Shown: positions 25,905-38,600 of the stretch, piece after piece | Layout: each line of letters begins with the position of its first letter | Position numbering within the stretch: position 1 is the first letter of the stretch | Made by a program: the position numbers and the translations under genes | The notes under the pieces: generated by a model | Database searches by the model: none | The model's input: only the letters and a program-made list of their open reading frames with translations | What the model was told of the DNA's origin: nothing | From: Octopus sinensis | Taxonomy: Eukaryota | NCBI RefSeq assembly: GCF_006345805.1 | Contig: NC_043019.1 | Span: 27,775,360 to 27,839,359 of the forward strand | Reading direction: 5' to 3' | DNA: 64,000 bases

Positions 25905-28547
25905 AATGAGGTAATCAGATCGGATGGTTCATATTTATAGATATTTATTTATATATTACATTTTTTACATATATATCATATCATTCAGATCATATCATTC
26001 GGATTAGCGCTTTCTCCCAATCGAGTGGGCTTTTCAAATCAAATCAATTCCTTGTGGGTAATTTGAACATTTTATAGTTTTGTAGTAGTGGTGGGGAGGA
26101 ATAAGACAGTATAAAAGGGTGAAGAGGAAGTGAGACAGAGAAAACATGTGTGTATGTGTATGTGTGTGTATGTGTGTGTGTGTATGTGTGTGTGTGTGTG
26201 TGTGTGCATTTGTATCTGATAGGGAAGAAGAAGTATTGTTATTCCGTTGGCCTACTGGACCTCCTGTGGTTTTCTAAGAAATTTGGCTCTGCTCTCTGTC
26301 CAGTCTCGTGTCACTGAGTGTGTGTTGTGCGTAGGCTGGATGGACAAATATATATATATATATATACTATATACATATATATGTGTGCATGTTAAAAGCG
26401 TTGTAGTTCACTTGAAGTATTATAGTGAAAAAAACAGGCACTCCGTCACTTGCAACAACAAGGTTTCCAGCTGATCCAATCAACAGAACATCTTGCTCAT
26501 GAGATTAGCATGTAAGTGACATCACGGACACACATACCCCTTCATATACTTCTCAGGGAAATTTAACATGACACAAAGTATGACAAGACTGGCCCCTTGA
26601 AAAACAGGTACTACTCATTTTTCCCAGCTGAGTGGACATGAAATAACATGCTTTGCTCAAGGACACAACACGCCACCAGGAATCGAACTCATAACCCTAT
26701 GATCACGAGCCAAATACCCTAACCACTAAGCCATGCACCTTCACAGTATTGTAGTAGAGAAGTAGAATATAAAAAGGTTTTTTTTCAACTTACATTTCTG
26801 CATTGTTAAAAGCTTTCCTGATTTCCCATGAAAAGGGAAATGAGGTAAGCTTCTAACAATGTGGAGCTGAAAGTTGAAAAAACCTTTTTATATTCTGGTG
26901 CAAAGGCCCATCTTCAGAAGTGTATAGTCAAAGAAATATGTATCTATCATTAATCCTACCATTTGGATAGCTGGGTGGGAAGTGACCTGGTTTTAGCCTG
27001 GTGCTTGTGCTAGTAGTAGCAGCCCCACAAAAGATGGAACAACACCATCATTTGTATTAATAATTCTTGAGAGCTATTGTACCACTAGGAAGAATTCAAA
27101 AAATATGTTTGAAATGAATAAACTTACAAGTCTAATAATTAAATTTGTAGCAAGGAACTATAAATAATTACAATTCAAAATCAGTAGTTCATATTTCCTC
27201 ATACACACACACACACACACACACACATGTTGAGGTGCAGGACTTAGTGGTTAAAATATTAGACTTATGATCATAAGATTGTAATTCCTGGACCGTGTGA
27301 TGGGTTGTGAATTCTTGCAATGGACTGGAGATATATATATGAATATATATATCTCAGGGGAGCAGCTAAGTTGATTTTAAATTTTGCACAAGACCAGCAA
27401 TTTTTGGGAAGGGGCTAAGTTGATTACATCAATATATATGATGTATGTATATATATATATATATATATACATAGAATTAAAATAAGGACTCGAATTAGGC
27501 AATCAACTTTTCTTTATAAATGCAAACATAGTTATAAGTTCAATTTCAAATATATATATATATCAATACATATCGACATATAATATATAAATGCAAAAGC
27601 TAATTTCTGTGTGTCAGTGTGTCACACTTTACCCCTCTCTCTCACTATTCAATGAGACTTCTACTAATGTTCATGTTGGGGTGAAAATAATAGTAGGCAT
27701 AGAAACAGTGAGGGCACTGGTGAAGACAGAGAGAGAGAGAGAGAGAGAGGGAAAGAAAAAGAGAGGGAGAAAAAGAGAGACAAAGAAATTTAGGGAGAGT
27801 TGATGATGCTTTATTAAAAGTAATAGTGTTGATGGTAGCAGTAGGATAATAATAAGAGAGAGAGAAAGTGAGGGTATGTGAGAGAAAGAGACACTGAACA
27901 CTGAACTAACATACTGAATGAACACACACATTTAGCCTTTTTGTGATGGTAATGGGGTGATAGTAATAGTATGAGCTGTAGTTGTGATAGAGGCAGAGGC
28001 GGCAGTAATGATGGTGGTGTTGGTGGTGGTAGCCAAAGTGGTCAGGGATGATGCTGAGAGTAAATGACGTGAAAGACAGCGGTGATAGTAGTGGAGTGGA
28101 AGACAGCGAAATCAAAGATATTGATGGTGGTGGCATCAGAAGTCTGGATGTTGTGTGTATGGCGGATGTGGTGGTGATGGTGGTGGTACTGTTGTTTATC
28201 ATGCAGTTTTGCAATATGTTCCAAGTCGACAAATTACATCAATATTTTGATAAAAATTGTTCATTGCTTGAAAAATATTGTTCAAGCTTAATAAAATTTG
28301 ATATGTACTCAATGCATGATAAGACTAAGAATACTAAACATTAGAATGATTAACTGTTTGACCAAAGTGTTTAACATATGAGTTTGAAAAACTAGTAAAA
28401 AATGGCTAATTGATTAATTAGTTATCAGAGTAACTAACCCATTAACTAATAATAGCAATAAAGGACCGAACCAGTGCATGTGTTTATTATTACCAGTATA
28501 ATGCCCCTCCCAAGGTTCAATAGTACATATATACTCTTACTCATTTC

Positions 28548-28946
28548 ACTCTTTTACTTGTTTCAGCCATTTGACTGTGGCCATGCTGGAGCACCACCTT
28601 TTAGTCGAGCAAATCGACCCCAGGACTTATTCTTTGTAAGTGTAGTACTTATTCTATCAGTCTCTTTTGCCGAACCGCTAAGTTACGGGGACGTAAACAC
28701 ACCAGCATCGGTTGTCAAGCGATGTTGGGGGGACAAACACAGACACACAAACATATACACATACATATATATATAGATATATACGACGGGCTTCTTTCAG
28801 TTTCCATCTACCAAATCCACTCACAAGGCTTTGGTTGGCCCAAGGCTATAGTAGAAGACGCTTGCCCAAGGTGCCATGCAGTGGGACTGAACCTGGAACC
28901 ATGTGGTTGGTAAGCAAGCTACTTACCACCCAGCCACTCCTACACC
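28548..28946 (-). mobile_element. tRNA-derived CORE-like SINE family I, near full length
   Basis: Minus-strand head GGTGTAGGAGTGGCTGGGTGGTAAG..GGTTCAGTCCC (A/B boxes), core GGCACCTTGGGCAAG, tail gactgaaacaagtaaaagagt. Other copies or fragments at ~295-530, 2690-2840, 3225-3420, 5190-5560, 7695-8150(+), 20060-20260(+), 39270-39430(+), 39735-40175, 42360-42725(+), 45520-45990(+), 55390-55830, 61960-62200. Confidence 0.9.
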
Positions 28947-29447
28947 TACATATATATGTATGTATGTAAGTACGTATGTATGTATATATATGTGTGTGTG
29001 TGTGTGTGCATACTTACATGTGTGTGCATATGTATGTCTTTTAGATAAAAAAAATGTATAGAAAGAAAGAAAAAAGGGTAGGAAATAAAAGAAAAGAAAG
29101 ACAAAGAAAAGGAATAGATTGATACACATCAGTCAATTCTATTTTTTTTACCCTTTTGTTTCCTTCACATTATTCCCATTTTCATTTTCCTTCTATCCAT
29201 TCTTTCTTTAAAATTTACAGATTGTGTTCATTCATTTGTGTGCATGTGTGTCTCCATGTGTGTATGTGGATGCGGGTTGGCTTACGTGATTTTATGTATT
29301 AGCAGATTAGCACTTGCGTGTTAATATGCAATTTTTTCCATGTTCACATTTATTGAGTTGCCATTTTGGCATTATTCACTAATGTCTAGGATCTTTTACT
29401 TTACACATACAAACATGCATATGTATATATATATGTGTATATATATA

Positions 29448-29477
<30 letters not shown>

Positions 29478-29481
<4 letters not shown>

Positions 29482-29858
29482 AAATATTAGGGAATAAATC
29501 CAAACTTACAGGGAAAAATCAGATTTAGGATTGAATCCAATTTTATAGTAAAATATTATATTATATTAAATTAGAGGCAAAACCACTATTAGGCAAATCA
29601 TACAATGAAAAACTTAAGCCAATACATAAGATTATTTAATTTATATTATTTAAATATATAACAAAATTATTAAAAAAATATAATTAATATCACACTAGTG
29701 TGATATATATAATTAATATCACACTAGTGTGATATTAATTATATATTTTTTAATAATTTTGTTATATATTTAAATAATATAAATTAAATATCTTATGTAT
29801 TGGCTTAAGTTTTCATTGTTTGATTTGCCTAATAGTGGTTTTGTCTCTAATTTAATAT
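29478..29858. mobile_element. Sister palindromic element with a different, self-palindromic centre
   Basis: Same ~85-bp leader and arms as 7135-7625; the centre is two copies of atatcacactagtgtgatat. Confidence 0.8.
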
Positions 29859-29911
<53 letters not shown>

Positions 29912-30123
29912 GTGGTGAGTGAAATGTGTAATTTACTTTTCAAACTAAGTTCTTTTTCCTCCATTTCATAGCCCATCTGTAATGCTTTCATTTGATTAGT
30001 TGATGGGAAAGGCAAAGAGCGAAAGACAAAGAAAAGAGAAAAAGAGGATAAGGTGAAAAGTGAGAGAAAAAGAGGGAGAGCGCTGTGTATAAAGTCTATA
30101 AAATTGTGCATAAAGTATATGGA

Positions 30124-30159
<36 letters not shown>

Positions 30160-30556
30160 CATTAAATAATCATCGTATTCCAATTTCCTTTACTTTTCAA
30201 TGATTAGTGGATGAGCAACTGTCTTTTGATACAGACACAACACAGACTACACTTCCAGATTTTTGGGATAAAGTTTTCAGAAATAACCCAATAAGTTTAC
30301 CATTAATTCCATGAAATATTCACGGATCTTGCTAGTTGTTTCTAATTTAGACACAATAATAGCAATTTTTTGTTAGAGTGCTGTTCTAGCTGATTACTTG
30401 CACTCCAGTACCTGAGGTTTGAGGGACAAAAAAACTTCCACCTCAACAGGATCAGAATGTAAAGACTGCCCCAAAAATACAGTAATGCATTTTGTCCAAC
30501 GTCCAAACAAATCTGCCAATTAAAAAAAACCATGTTATGGAAGAAAAGTAACTTAC

Positions 30557-30827
30557 CTTGGCCAGAAAAATAAATGGCCACGACAATTCCAGCAGCAACG
30601 CCTATCACCACAAGTAGAATTCCAAAAATTATTAGAAACTTCTTGCAATTGTGGCCGTTGGAAGAATAATCTGAAGGCATGTCATCCCAGTCATTGTTAC
30701 TCTCTCCAGAAAATAAAGTTTGCTTCTGTGTGTTTGGCCAGGTGCGCTGCAGCCGACTCACCAGTTCTGGCTGATAAGCCAAGTTGTCGTATTGAGGGCC
30801 CCATTCTTTGTCAGCTGCATTTGAATA
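30557..30827 (-). CDS. 271-nt internal exon of a type II single-pass membrane protein (cytoplasmic tail + TM helix), possibly TTSP-like
   Basis: Acceptor tttcttttcctttggcag; donor CAAG|GTAAGT. Open frame YSNAADKEWGPQYDNLAYQPELVSRLQRTWPNTQKQTLFSGESNNDWDDMPSDYSSNGHNCKKFLIIFGILLVVIGVAAGIVVAIYFSGQ(G). KK precedes a 24-aa hydrophobic helix. Phase 0 in, phase 1 out. Confidence 0.82.
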
Positions 30828-32287
30828 CTGCCAAAGGAAAAAGAAAGAAATGGTAAAGAAAAATTCAATCATCAACATCATCAAAATCATCATCATCATT
30901 ACCAAAACTACCACCACCATGGCACCCCTCTCATCATTGTCATAACCATCATCATCGCCAGCATCATCATCATTATCATCATCATCTACGTAACAAAGAC
31001 ATAACAACAACAGAGGAGCAGCATCAAAGAGGTCTTAACAAGGTTGCATGAATCTGTTAAAAATAGCAGCCAATATTCCTTCAAATCATATTCTACTATT
31101 TCAGAAAAAGAAGGATACACTCTATAGTGTAGTCCTAGATGCGTTATGCCTGAAAATATGGCTGTAGCTGAAATGCAAGCAAGAGTAGACCTTCTCGATC
31201 AGGTCAGACCTGGGACGAAGTAACAACAAAAATGTCTCCCAAACACCCTTTCTACATCCTTACATAAAATATTGTGCATGTACATATGTGTGTGAGTGCG
31301 TACTGTGTGTATGCATGAGTCTATATGTGTGTGAAGACCTGTGTGTGTGTCTATGTATGTGTATGTAGGTGTAGGTGTGTATATGACGAAGTGAACATGT
31401 GCGTATGTGCATGTGCACGCATACAAATGTGTGAGTGTATGTACATGCGTGTGAGTATGTTTGAATATGTATCTGTGTCTACATAGTGTGTGCAGGTGTT
31501 TACGTATGTATGAACTTATATACATATATGCTTGTTTAAAACTAATCTTTCACTGTTGCTAACTGGAATTTTTTGCCTTGTCATTTTAGTCAGAATACAA
31601 AAACCTGTCAAAGGACAGATGAACTCTGTAGAGTCAATGGCCATCCAACAATTGGAAGGGAGACTTTCAATTTTTGTTTAGACATCACTCTAAGAGAAGG
31701 AAAACTCTACTGTAAAATCTGAAACTTCATTTGTATCCAATGATAAAGATTAGTTACTCTTTTGGAGAGAAAATGCATACATTGTTTAGAGAGTGGGATT
31801 GGCCTTGCACAAGACTTTTCTTTACTTTAAAAAGCTTCAGACACAGGCATCGCTTGATTGTTAACACCTCTTGTATGTGTTTCAAACTATGGCTGGATAT
31901 AACCGAAAAAAAGGCCAAACACTCGAAGAAAAATTACACGATGGAATGAAGGGATGTGTTAGTATGGGTGATAAGTTCTCAGAATACTTGTTGCAAGAGG
32001 TGTCCATCGTTGCAACATCTGAGCTAAAGAGTATAGGCTGCTAGCAGGACTGAAAAGTCACATTAGTGCTGCTCATGTCTAAGAGAAAAACCAAATGATG
32101 ATGTTGCTCAAAACTGAGCTGCAGTTTATCATGTATGTATGTATGTATGTATGTATGTATGTATGTATGTATGTATGTATGTATGTATGTATGTATGTAT
32201 GTGTGTGTGTGTGTCTGTTTGTGTGTTTGTGTGTGTTTGTGTATGTATGTAGACATACATACATACATACATACATACATACATACA

Positions 32288-32700
32288 AACTGACTCTCTT
32301 CCTAATTAGTTGGGCTATGACCCTCTCCATGACCTTCATTACCTGATCCAACAACTTGATACCTCTGTAATTATTTGTATCTAAAGTGTCACCTTTACCT
32401 TTGTAGCAGTTGACTATGGTCCTGCTACACCAGTCATTGGGTATGACTCCTTCACGTATCACCTGGTTAAGTTAACTGGTGACTAGGCAATAGCCAACAC
32501 CGCCAGATATTTTGAGCATCTCTGAGGTGATTCCTGATGGGCCTGGGGCTTTCCCTGTCTTCATACTCCTAATTGCTTTATCTACCAAGGTACTGCCAAT
32601 TCGGATAGCTGGTCCCTCTGTTGGGTCGACATTCGGCAGACTCTCCTTCTCTCATTCATTCTCTTTATTGAGCAACCTTTCATAGTGGCGTCTCCACGCA
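32288..32700 (-). mobile_element. RTE-clade LINE RT N-terminal fragment
   Basis: KAIRSMKTGKAPGPSGI..IPNDWCSRTIVNCYKGKGDTLDTNNYRGIKLLDQVMKVMERVI. Confidence 0.85.
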
Positions 32701-32729
32701 TTTATATACATATAAATATATGCATATAA

Positions 32730-32761
<32 letters not shown>

Positions 32762-32825
32762 GCATGTATGCATACATAAAATTATAAATACATATAAAAT
32801 ATGGAATTTAATATATGTATGTATA

Positions 32826-32872
<47 letters not shown>

Positions 32873-32877
32873 GTATA

Positions 32878-33243
32878 CTAGCAGTATCACCCGGTGTTGC
32901 TTGGGTTTGTTTCGACCCTTTAGAATTGAAATTTTTGAAAAGTAAAAATCTCTTCAAGTGAACATTTTTCCAGTTGAAATACACCAAAAAATGGTGACAC
33001 AGCAGTCAAAAATCGTAAAAAATAGGGATTTTCATAGAAAAAAAGCACCTTTTTGATGTGAATAATTTTCGGTGTTAACATGGTCCGATTTGAATTTTAT
33101 CTTCTACAGAATGAAGAGCAAGCCTTCCTCTATCATACTCTCAATTTTGGTCAACTTCCACTGCAGGGTCTCGAAGGAGATAGTGTTAGTTGAAGGCTAC
33201 CAAACCCGCCACACACAGACAACTTCAGGTTTATATATATAGA
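32878..33243 (-). mobile_element. Mini-Helitron (366 bp)
   Basis: A|TCTATATATATAAACC ... CCCAAGCAACACCGGG-N-CTAG|T. Confidence 0.8.
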
Positions 33244-33332
33244 TTTGCTACACACTACTTTCCATCCTTAATAATGAAACTTGGTAGATCCAAAAGTTAA
33301 ACACACAGACACACAAGTTTGAGTTTTATATA

Positions 33333-34390
33333 TCATCATCATCATCGTTTAACGTCCGTTTTCCGCGCTAGCACAGGTTGGACGGTTCGACCGGGGTCTG
33401 GGAAGCCAGGGGCTGCACCAGGCTCCAGTCTGATCTGGCAGAATTTCTACAGCTGGATGCCCTTCCTAATGCCAACCACTCCGCGAGTGTAGTGGGTGCT
33501 TTTTACGTGCCACCTGCACAGGTGCCAGGGGGGGCCTGGCATCAGCCACAATCGGTTGGAGCTTTTAACGTGCCACCGGCACGGAAGCCAGTCGGGTCGG
33601 CGCTGGCATCGGCCACATTCGGATGGTGCTTTTTATGTGCCACCGACACACGTTCGGATGGTGCTTTTTATGTTCCACCGGCACGGAAGCCAGTCGGGGC
33701 GCGCTGGCATCGGCCACGTTCAGATGGTGCTTTTTATGTGTCACTGGCACAGGAGCCAGTCGAGGCGGCGCTGGCATCGGCCACATTCGGATGGTGCTTT
33801 TTATGTGCCACCGACACACGTTCGGATGGTGCTTTTTATGTTCCACCGGCACGGAAGCCAGTCGGGGCGCGCTGGCATCGGCCACGTTCGGATGGTGCTT
33901 TTTATGTGCCACCGGCACGGAAGCCAGTCGGGGCGGCGCTGGCATCGGCCACGTTCGAATGGTGCTTTTTATGTGCCACCGGCACAGAAGCCAGTCGGGG
34001 CGCGCTGGCATCGGCCACGTTCGGATGGTGCTTTTTATGTGCCACTGGCACAGGAGCCAGTCGGGGCGGCGCTGGCATCGGCCACGTTCAGATGGTGCTT
34101 TATATGTGCCACTGGCACAGGAGCCAGTCGGGGCGGTGCTGGCATCGGCCACGTTCGGATGGTGCTTTTTATGTGCCACCGGTACAGAAGCCAGTCGGGG
34201 CGGAGCTGGCTGGAATCGGCCACGTTCGGATGGTGCTTTTTATATAGATATATATATTTAATATATGTATATAGAGAGAGATCAGACTGGAGCCTGGTGC
34301 AGCCCCTTGGCTTCCCAGACCCCAGTCAAATCGCCCAACCTGTGCTATCATGGAAAACGGACGTTAAACGATGATGATGATGACGATGAT
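33333..34390. mobile_element. (ATC)n-tailed retroposon pair in inverted orientation enclosing a GC-rich minisatellite
   Basis: Arms 33333-33445 and 34279-34390 are reverse complements (~90% by eye); same family at ~12380-12530, 23170-23510, 55905-56030. Confidence 0.8.
33540..34232. repeat. 66-67-bp GC/CpG-rich minisatellite (~10 units)
   Basis: Unit cacgttcggatggtgctttttatgtgccaccggcacggaagccagtcggggcggcgctggcatcggc; unit starts at 33883, 33950, 34016. Confidence 0.95.
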
Positions 34391-34422
34391 ATATATATAA
34401 AATTCCATATTTTATATGTATA

Positions 34423-35598
34423 CTAGCAGTATCGCCCAGCGTTGCTCGGGTTGTAAGGGAAATAACTATATAAGCATTTTTAGAGAGTTATAGCCAAAAA
34501 ATAGCAAAAAAGTGCATTAAAAATTGAAAAAAAATTAAGGTAAATTTTTTTTTTAAATCGTTGACACATCGTAGATATTTTTAGAGAGTTACTTCCCTTA
34601 CATAAAAGCGAAAAAAATGCATTAAAATGGAAAAATATGATGGTAAATTTTTTTTAAATCGTAGACTCATCGTAGACGCGCGCTAATACCCAGAAGGGCT
34701 CGATATGAATCACGACTATAAGATACCCGCTTTTGGTTAAACTGCACCGCAAAATGTGGGAGTAGTTACGAATCTAAATCGAAGGGGACAGACACACAAC
34801 TTCACTCTTATATAAAGATGCTTTTTTTTTTCAGTCATAGAGTTAGATTTATGAAGGTCTTCAGTAGAAAATATTTCGAATTCTGACTCGCTGCTTGATA
34901 TAATGAAATTCGTATCCATTTTTTGTCAGAATTAAAAATTTTGAAAACATAATAGGAACAAATTTCGGAAAAAAATCTCCCATAATTCACGGAATTAAAA
35001 TTACACTTCGATTTTTGTACAAAACTGTATTTGAAGTGTTTACGAAGTATAATACGTGTTTTCACGAATGTACTAAAGAGATTTACTCTGATATTCTCAT
35101 TTAAATATGAATAGGTAAATTCGGGCGGTTTGGTAACGAAAGGGTTTATATAAGTGTCGTCTGTTTATACATAAACACTGTTTCATACTTTCAGTTTAGT
35201 CTTCCTCAAATCACTCTGTCGCTAATTTACTCTCTTCCAAGAACATTTTCACTCACTCTTATCTGTTAGCTTCCCATACATTTTACTCATGTATCTATCA
35301 GCGTGATAGACAGAAACAAATATTACATCTAGTTTCACTTTATTCGTTGCACACTGTGTGTGTGCGTTTGCGTGTGCTGTAAACCAGACTAAGAAAAGCA
35401 TTTGACATACACACCAGAATGTGAGTTTTCTGTAAATTTTGCTTAATTGGAGTTTAAATTTTAAAAACTGGACCTGGCATGACCCGATGCATTCTACTCT
35501 TAAAATGCTAGGTAAATTGTAATTGAAGAAATCCTATATTGTAGATTTCTATAACTTACAAAGGGAGGCAGATAAAATCTGCCTTTTATAATAAGAGA
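34423..35598 (-). mobile_element. Composite Helitron: module A (35598-35375) + piggyBac-like fragment + mini-Helitron 34818-34423
   Basis: 5' TCTCTTATTATAAAAGGCAG is homologous to 23595. Inner 5' TCTTTATATAAG at 34818 is homologous to the 24477 module. 3' hairpin + CTAG at 34423. Confidence 0.7.
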
Positions 35599-36059
35599 TA
35601 TAATTTTATGTATGCATACATGCATACTATATATATATTAATAGATATATATATATATATAGATATATGCATGTATGTGTGTGTGTGTATGTGTAATATT
35701 TATATCATACATATATATATAAGTATATGTGTGACAGCACACTTTTGATGCAAGTTGGATGAAGTGCCTCTTTAATGTCTAAAACTGCAAACATTATGTA
35801 AATTTTCACTTCAAATTTTTGTGCAAACTGGTGTTGCAAATAGAGTTGGTACAGAAGCAATTGTAACAAATCATTAAAGAAGTGTTAAAGAATTTTCTAC
35901 CACGGCACCAGAGCTGCCTGGGGATACCCACTGATACAGGTAAGGAAATTCCCACACAACAGCACAAGCTTTGTTGGGTTGGGGATGCTGCAACTCTAAG
36001 TCAGATGTTTCTACCATCCTCAGTGTTCGTTTTTGTTGCAATGTATAATACTGAAGACT

Positions 36060-36960
36060 GTCATATTTTGGTGTTGTAAAGACTGTTGCCAAAGAAACTG
36101 AAATGGTTTTATCTGTGGATAAAATTCCCAAAGACAGGGTAACAATTCTTGGCTGCAGGAATAACAAAACCAAGCTAATGGTAAATCATGAAAGTAATAA
36201 GGGTTTAAGGGAGTGAAGATACATACACTTATCTAGTGTGGTAATAAAAATGGTGGTAGTGGGGAGGGGTAACAACTAAAATTTTTCTTCAGTACTTTGA
36301 AGATTTCTTCCTATGTAAAGTTAGAGGATATTGTAAATCTTTTAACCGTGACACAAAGTGTAAAATATTTTTTATAACAAGTAGCTAAGTGTGAGCAGAA
36401 TGTAATACACTCAATGAAATCTAAATATAGATCGAAGGTCATGTGTCATTTCTTTCATTGAGTAATGAAAAACTTCCCAAAGCTCTCATGAAGATATGGT
36501 GTGATCACTCGTGTTTGCTGAGGATAAAATATAAAAAAGCACCCTGCATTGAGAGTATGTTAAAATGTAACCGAGCTTAATCTTCCAAGACAAGGAAAAA
36601 ACTGAACCTAACTTATCAGGATTTAAAGTTTGAGATCAAAAAATTGGTTGAGTATGCTTGGACTATTATGAATCCAAAATATCATGGAAAGACAAAAGAG
36701 AATAGACATGAAAACCAACCAACTGATTGAGAAATAGTGGAGATGATACAACATACTGAGAAGGAACATGAAGAAAGTGCAGGAAAAACAAAATGAGAAC
36801 GCAGTTGAAGAAATCATTTTTGGAGATAAATGTATTCAGGTGATGAGAGATATAATAGAAGAATTAAAGTAAAAATGATTTATAGCAGAACAAGAGATCA
36901 AGTCTATTTATGTAATTAGAGAGAAACTTAAGTATTAGAAACAAGCTATATTGCAACAAT
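36060..36960 (+). mobile_element. pogo/Tigger-like transposase relic
   Basis: AKETEMVLSVDKIPKDRVTILGCRN..KLMV resembles the Tigger KDRxTxL motif; decayed acidic C-terminus at ~36700-36900. Confidence 0.4.
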
Positions 36961-37043
36961 TGTTGAAGAAGATCATTAATAAACCAGCCAAGTAAGCCTG
37001 AGACTACTTGATAGTTATAGAGACCCTGATAACCCTGCATACC

Positions 37044-37278
37044 TATTTCTTTACTACCCACAAGGGGCTAAACACAGAGAGGACAAACAAGGACAGACAA
37101 ACGGATTAAGTCAATTATATTGACCCCAGTGCATAACTGGTACTTAATTTATTGACCCCCGAAAGGATGAAAGGCAAAGTCGGCCTCGGCGGAATTTGAA
37201 CTCAGAACGTAACGGCAGACGAAATACGGCTACGCATTTCGCCCGGCATGCTAACGTTTCTGCCAGCTCGCCGCCTTG
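37044..37278 (-). mobile_element. tRNA-derived SINE family II, full length
   Basis: Head GGCGGCGAGCTGGCAGAAACG..GAGTTCAAATTCC; central GACTTTGCCTTTCATCCTTTCGGGGGTC motif; 12-bp TSD ACCCTGCATACC. Older copies at ~16570-16770 and 19560-19770. Confidence 0.9.
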
Positions 37279-38228
37279 ACCCTGCATACCATAAATCCCT
37301 AACTGATCCAGATGTACATGTAATATTTTGAACTATTATTTTTGGTTTTAAATTTAATATTTCAGAAAAAAAGTAAAAACATTGTTTGGAAGCATTATTA
37401 GTTGTATTATTTGTTGATTTGCCTTTTGCTCTGATATTGATAAGACATTGATATATATGTGTGGAATGAGATGGTGAAACTATGTTAACATAAGGTATGT
37501 GTGTATGAGCATGCAAGTGAGTATGTATTAAATTTATTATCATATTATTGAGCTCAATTCTTAAATGTGCATACAATCATATCTAACATGTTTGTGTACA
37601 CTTGGACATGGGACGATCTTTTGCTGTGGAAATAGTCTAAGAAGAAAAACTTTCCCATAGACAATATGTGTGAAAACACATTTTGGGGTTATGAATGACT
37701 TCATTGGATCACAAGACACATGCATATCTGTGTTGTTATGCTTCATCAGCTACGAATACCAAGTCAGTTGTCCACAGCCCAGTAAACAGTTGTTCTTATA
37801 TGTAAGAATACTAAATACTTTTGCTGGTGTGCACAAATTTTTTGACAAACTGGAATTAATGAACTAGAAACACCTAAAGAAGGATTGAATGAATCAAATA
37901 ATCACCAGAATATTTTAGACATTTGTAATACTATCCAATCCTATTATATTAAATCATGATTTTTAAACAAATAAAAAATATTATGTATAGTTTTTATTCT
38001 GTATAGTTTTTATTTTATGTCATTAAATAGAACTATATACAACAAATATATTTTAATTGATATCCTCACATTTTCAACATTAGACTCCCAAATAAATTTA
38101 TGTTCTCTTAGGGTTGTGTATCAACCGAGAATATTGAACTTGTGTTCTATAGAATAATGATGGAAAATTGTAGCTTTGTGTTTCAGTTTAGTTTGAAATG
38201 ATATTAGAATCTAGTAAAAGGAGTCACC

Positions 38229-38600
38229 TAGGGCCAAATTTATGTGTGGGCCAGTATGAGCCATGGCTAAGGGATCTCTTTCATTCAGAGAAGCTTGCAG
38301 TTAAAAATTTTTAAATAGATTTCCAGCAATGAAATAAATAATTAATATTTTTTACTTGTTTAATTTTTTTTTAATCCAGTAGAATTCTTTAAAAACTATC
38401 GAATCTTCTATTGATTTGTTAGGTCCTTTTCATTTTAAAGTTCATTAAATTTAACAGAGTCCCTCTGAATCTACTGAGGCTCCTTTAAGCATTGGGGCCT
38501 TTTCAAACTGCTTGAAGCACCTAGATGTATTATATTACTATGTTTTAAATTAGCAAAATCACAGGAGCACCCAAAACCTATTATTCTAAATCTGGCCCTG
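38229..38600. mobile_element. Possible hAT MITE
   Basis: TAGGGCCAAATTT / AAATCTGGCCCTG ends; imperfect g(a/g)gtcacc flanks. Confidence 0.4.

Noticed and set aside
27906-28344. ORFs on both strands with T/H/V/D runs (also 48931-49321)
   Set aside because: Degenerate (GGT/GAT)n simple repeats without splice-consistent boundaries
29937-29976. AG/GT-bounded 40-nt segment near the TM exon
   Set aside because: In the required phase 1 it reads GAT GGG CTA TGA (stop); at best a poison exon, with a weak donor
30828-31010. N-terminal part of the 222-aa ORF 30342-31010
   Set aside because: Intronic (GAT)n repeat and polypyrimidine tract read in frame; only 30557-30827 is exon-like
33378-34374. Long overlapping ORFs (289, 292, 212, 204 aa)
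   Set aside because: They are translations of the 66-67-bp minisatellite, open in several frames on both strands, with no domain signal
35874-36173. 99-aa minus-strand ORF with an AG acceptor as a host exon
   Set aside because: No convincing donor or protein-like content; the plus strand is better explained as a pogo/Tigger relic
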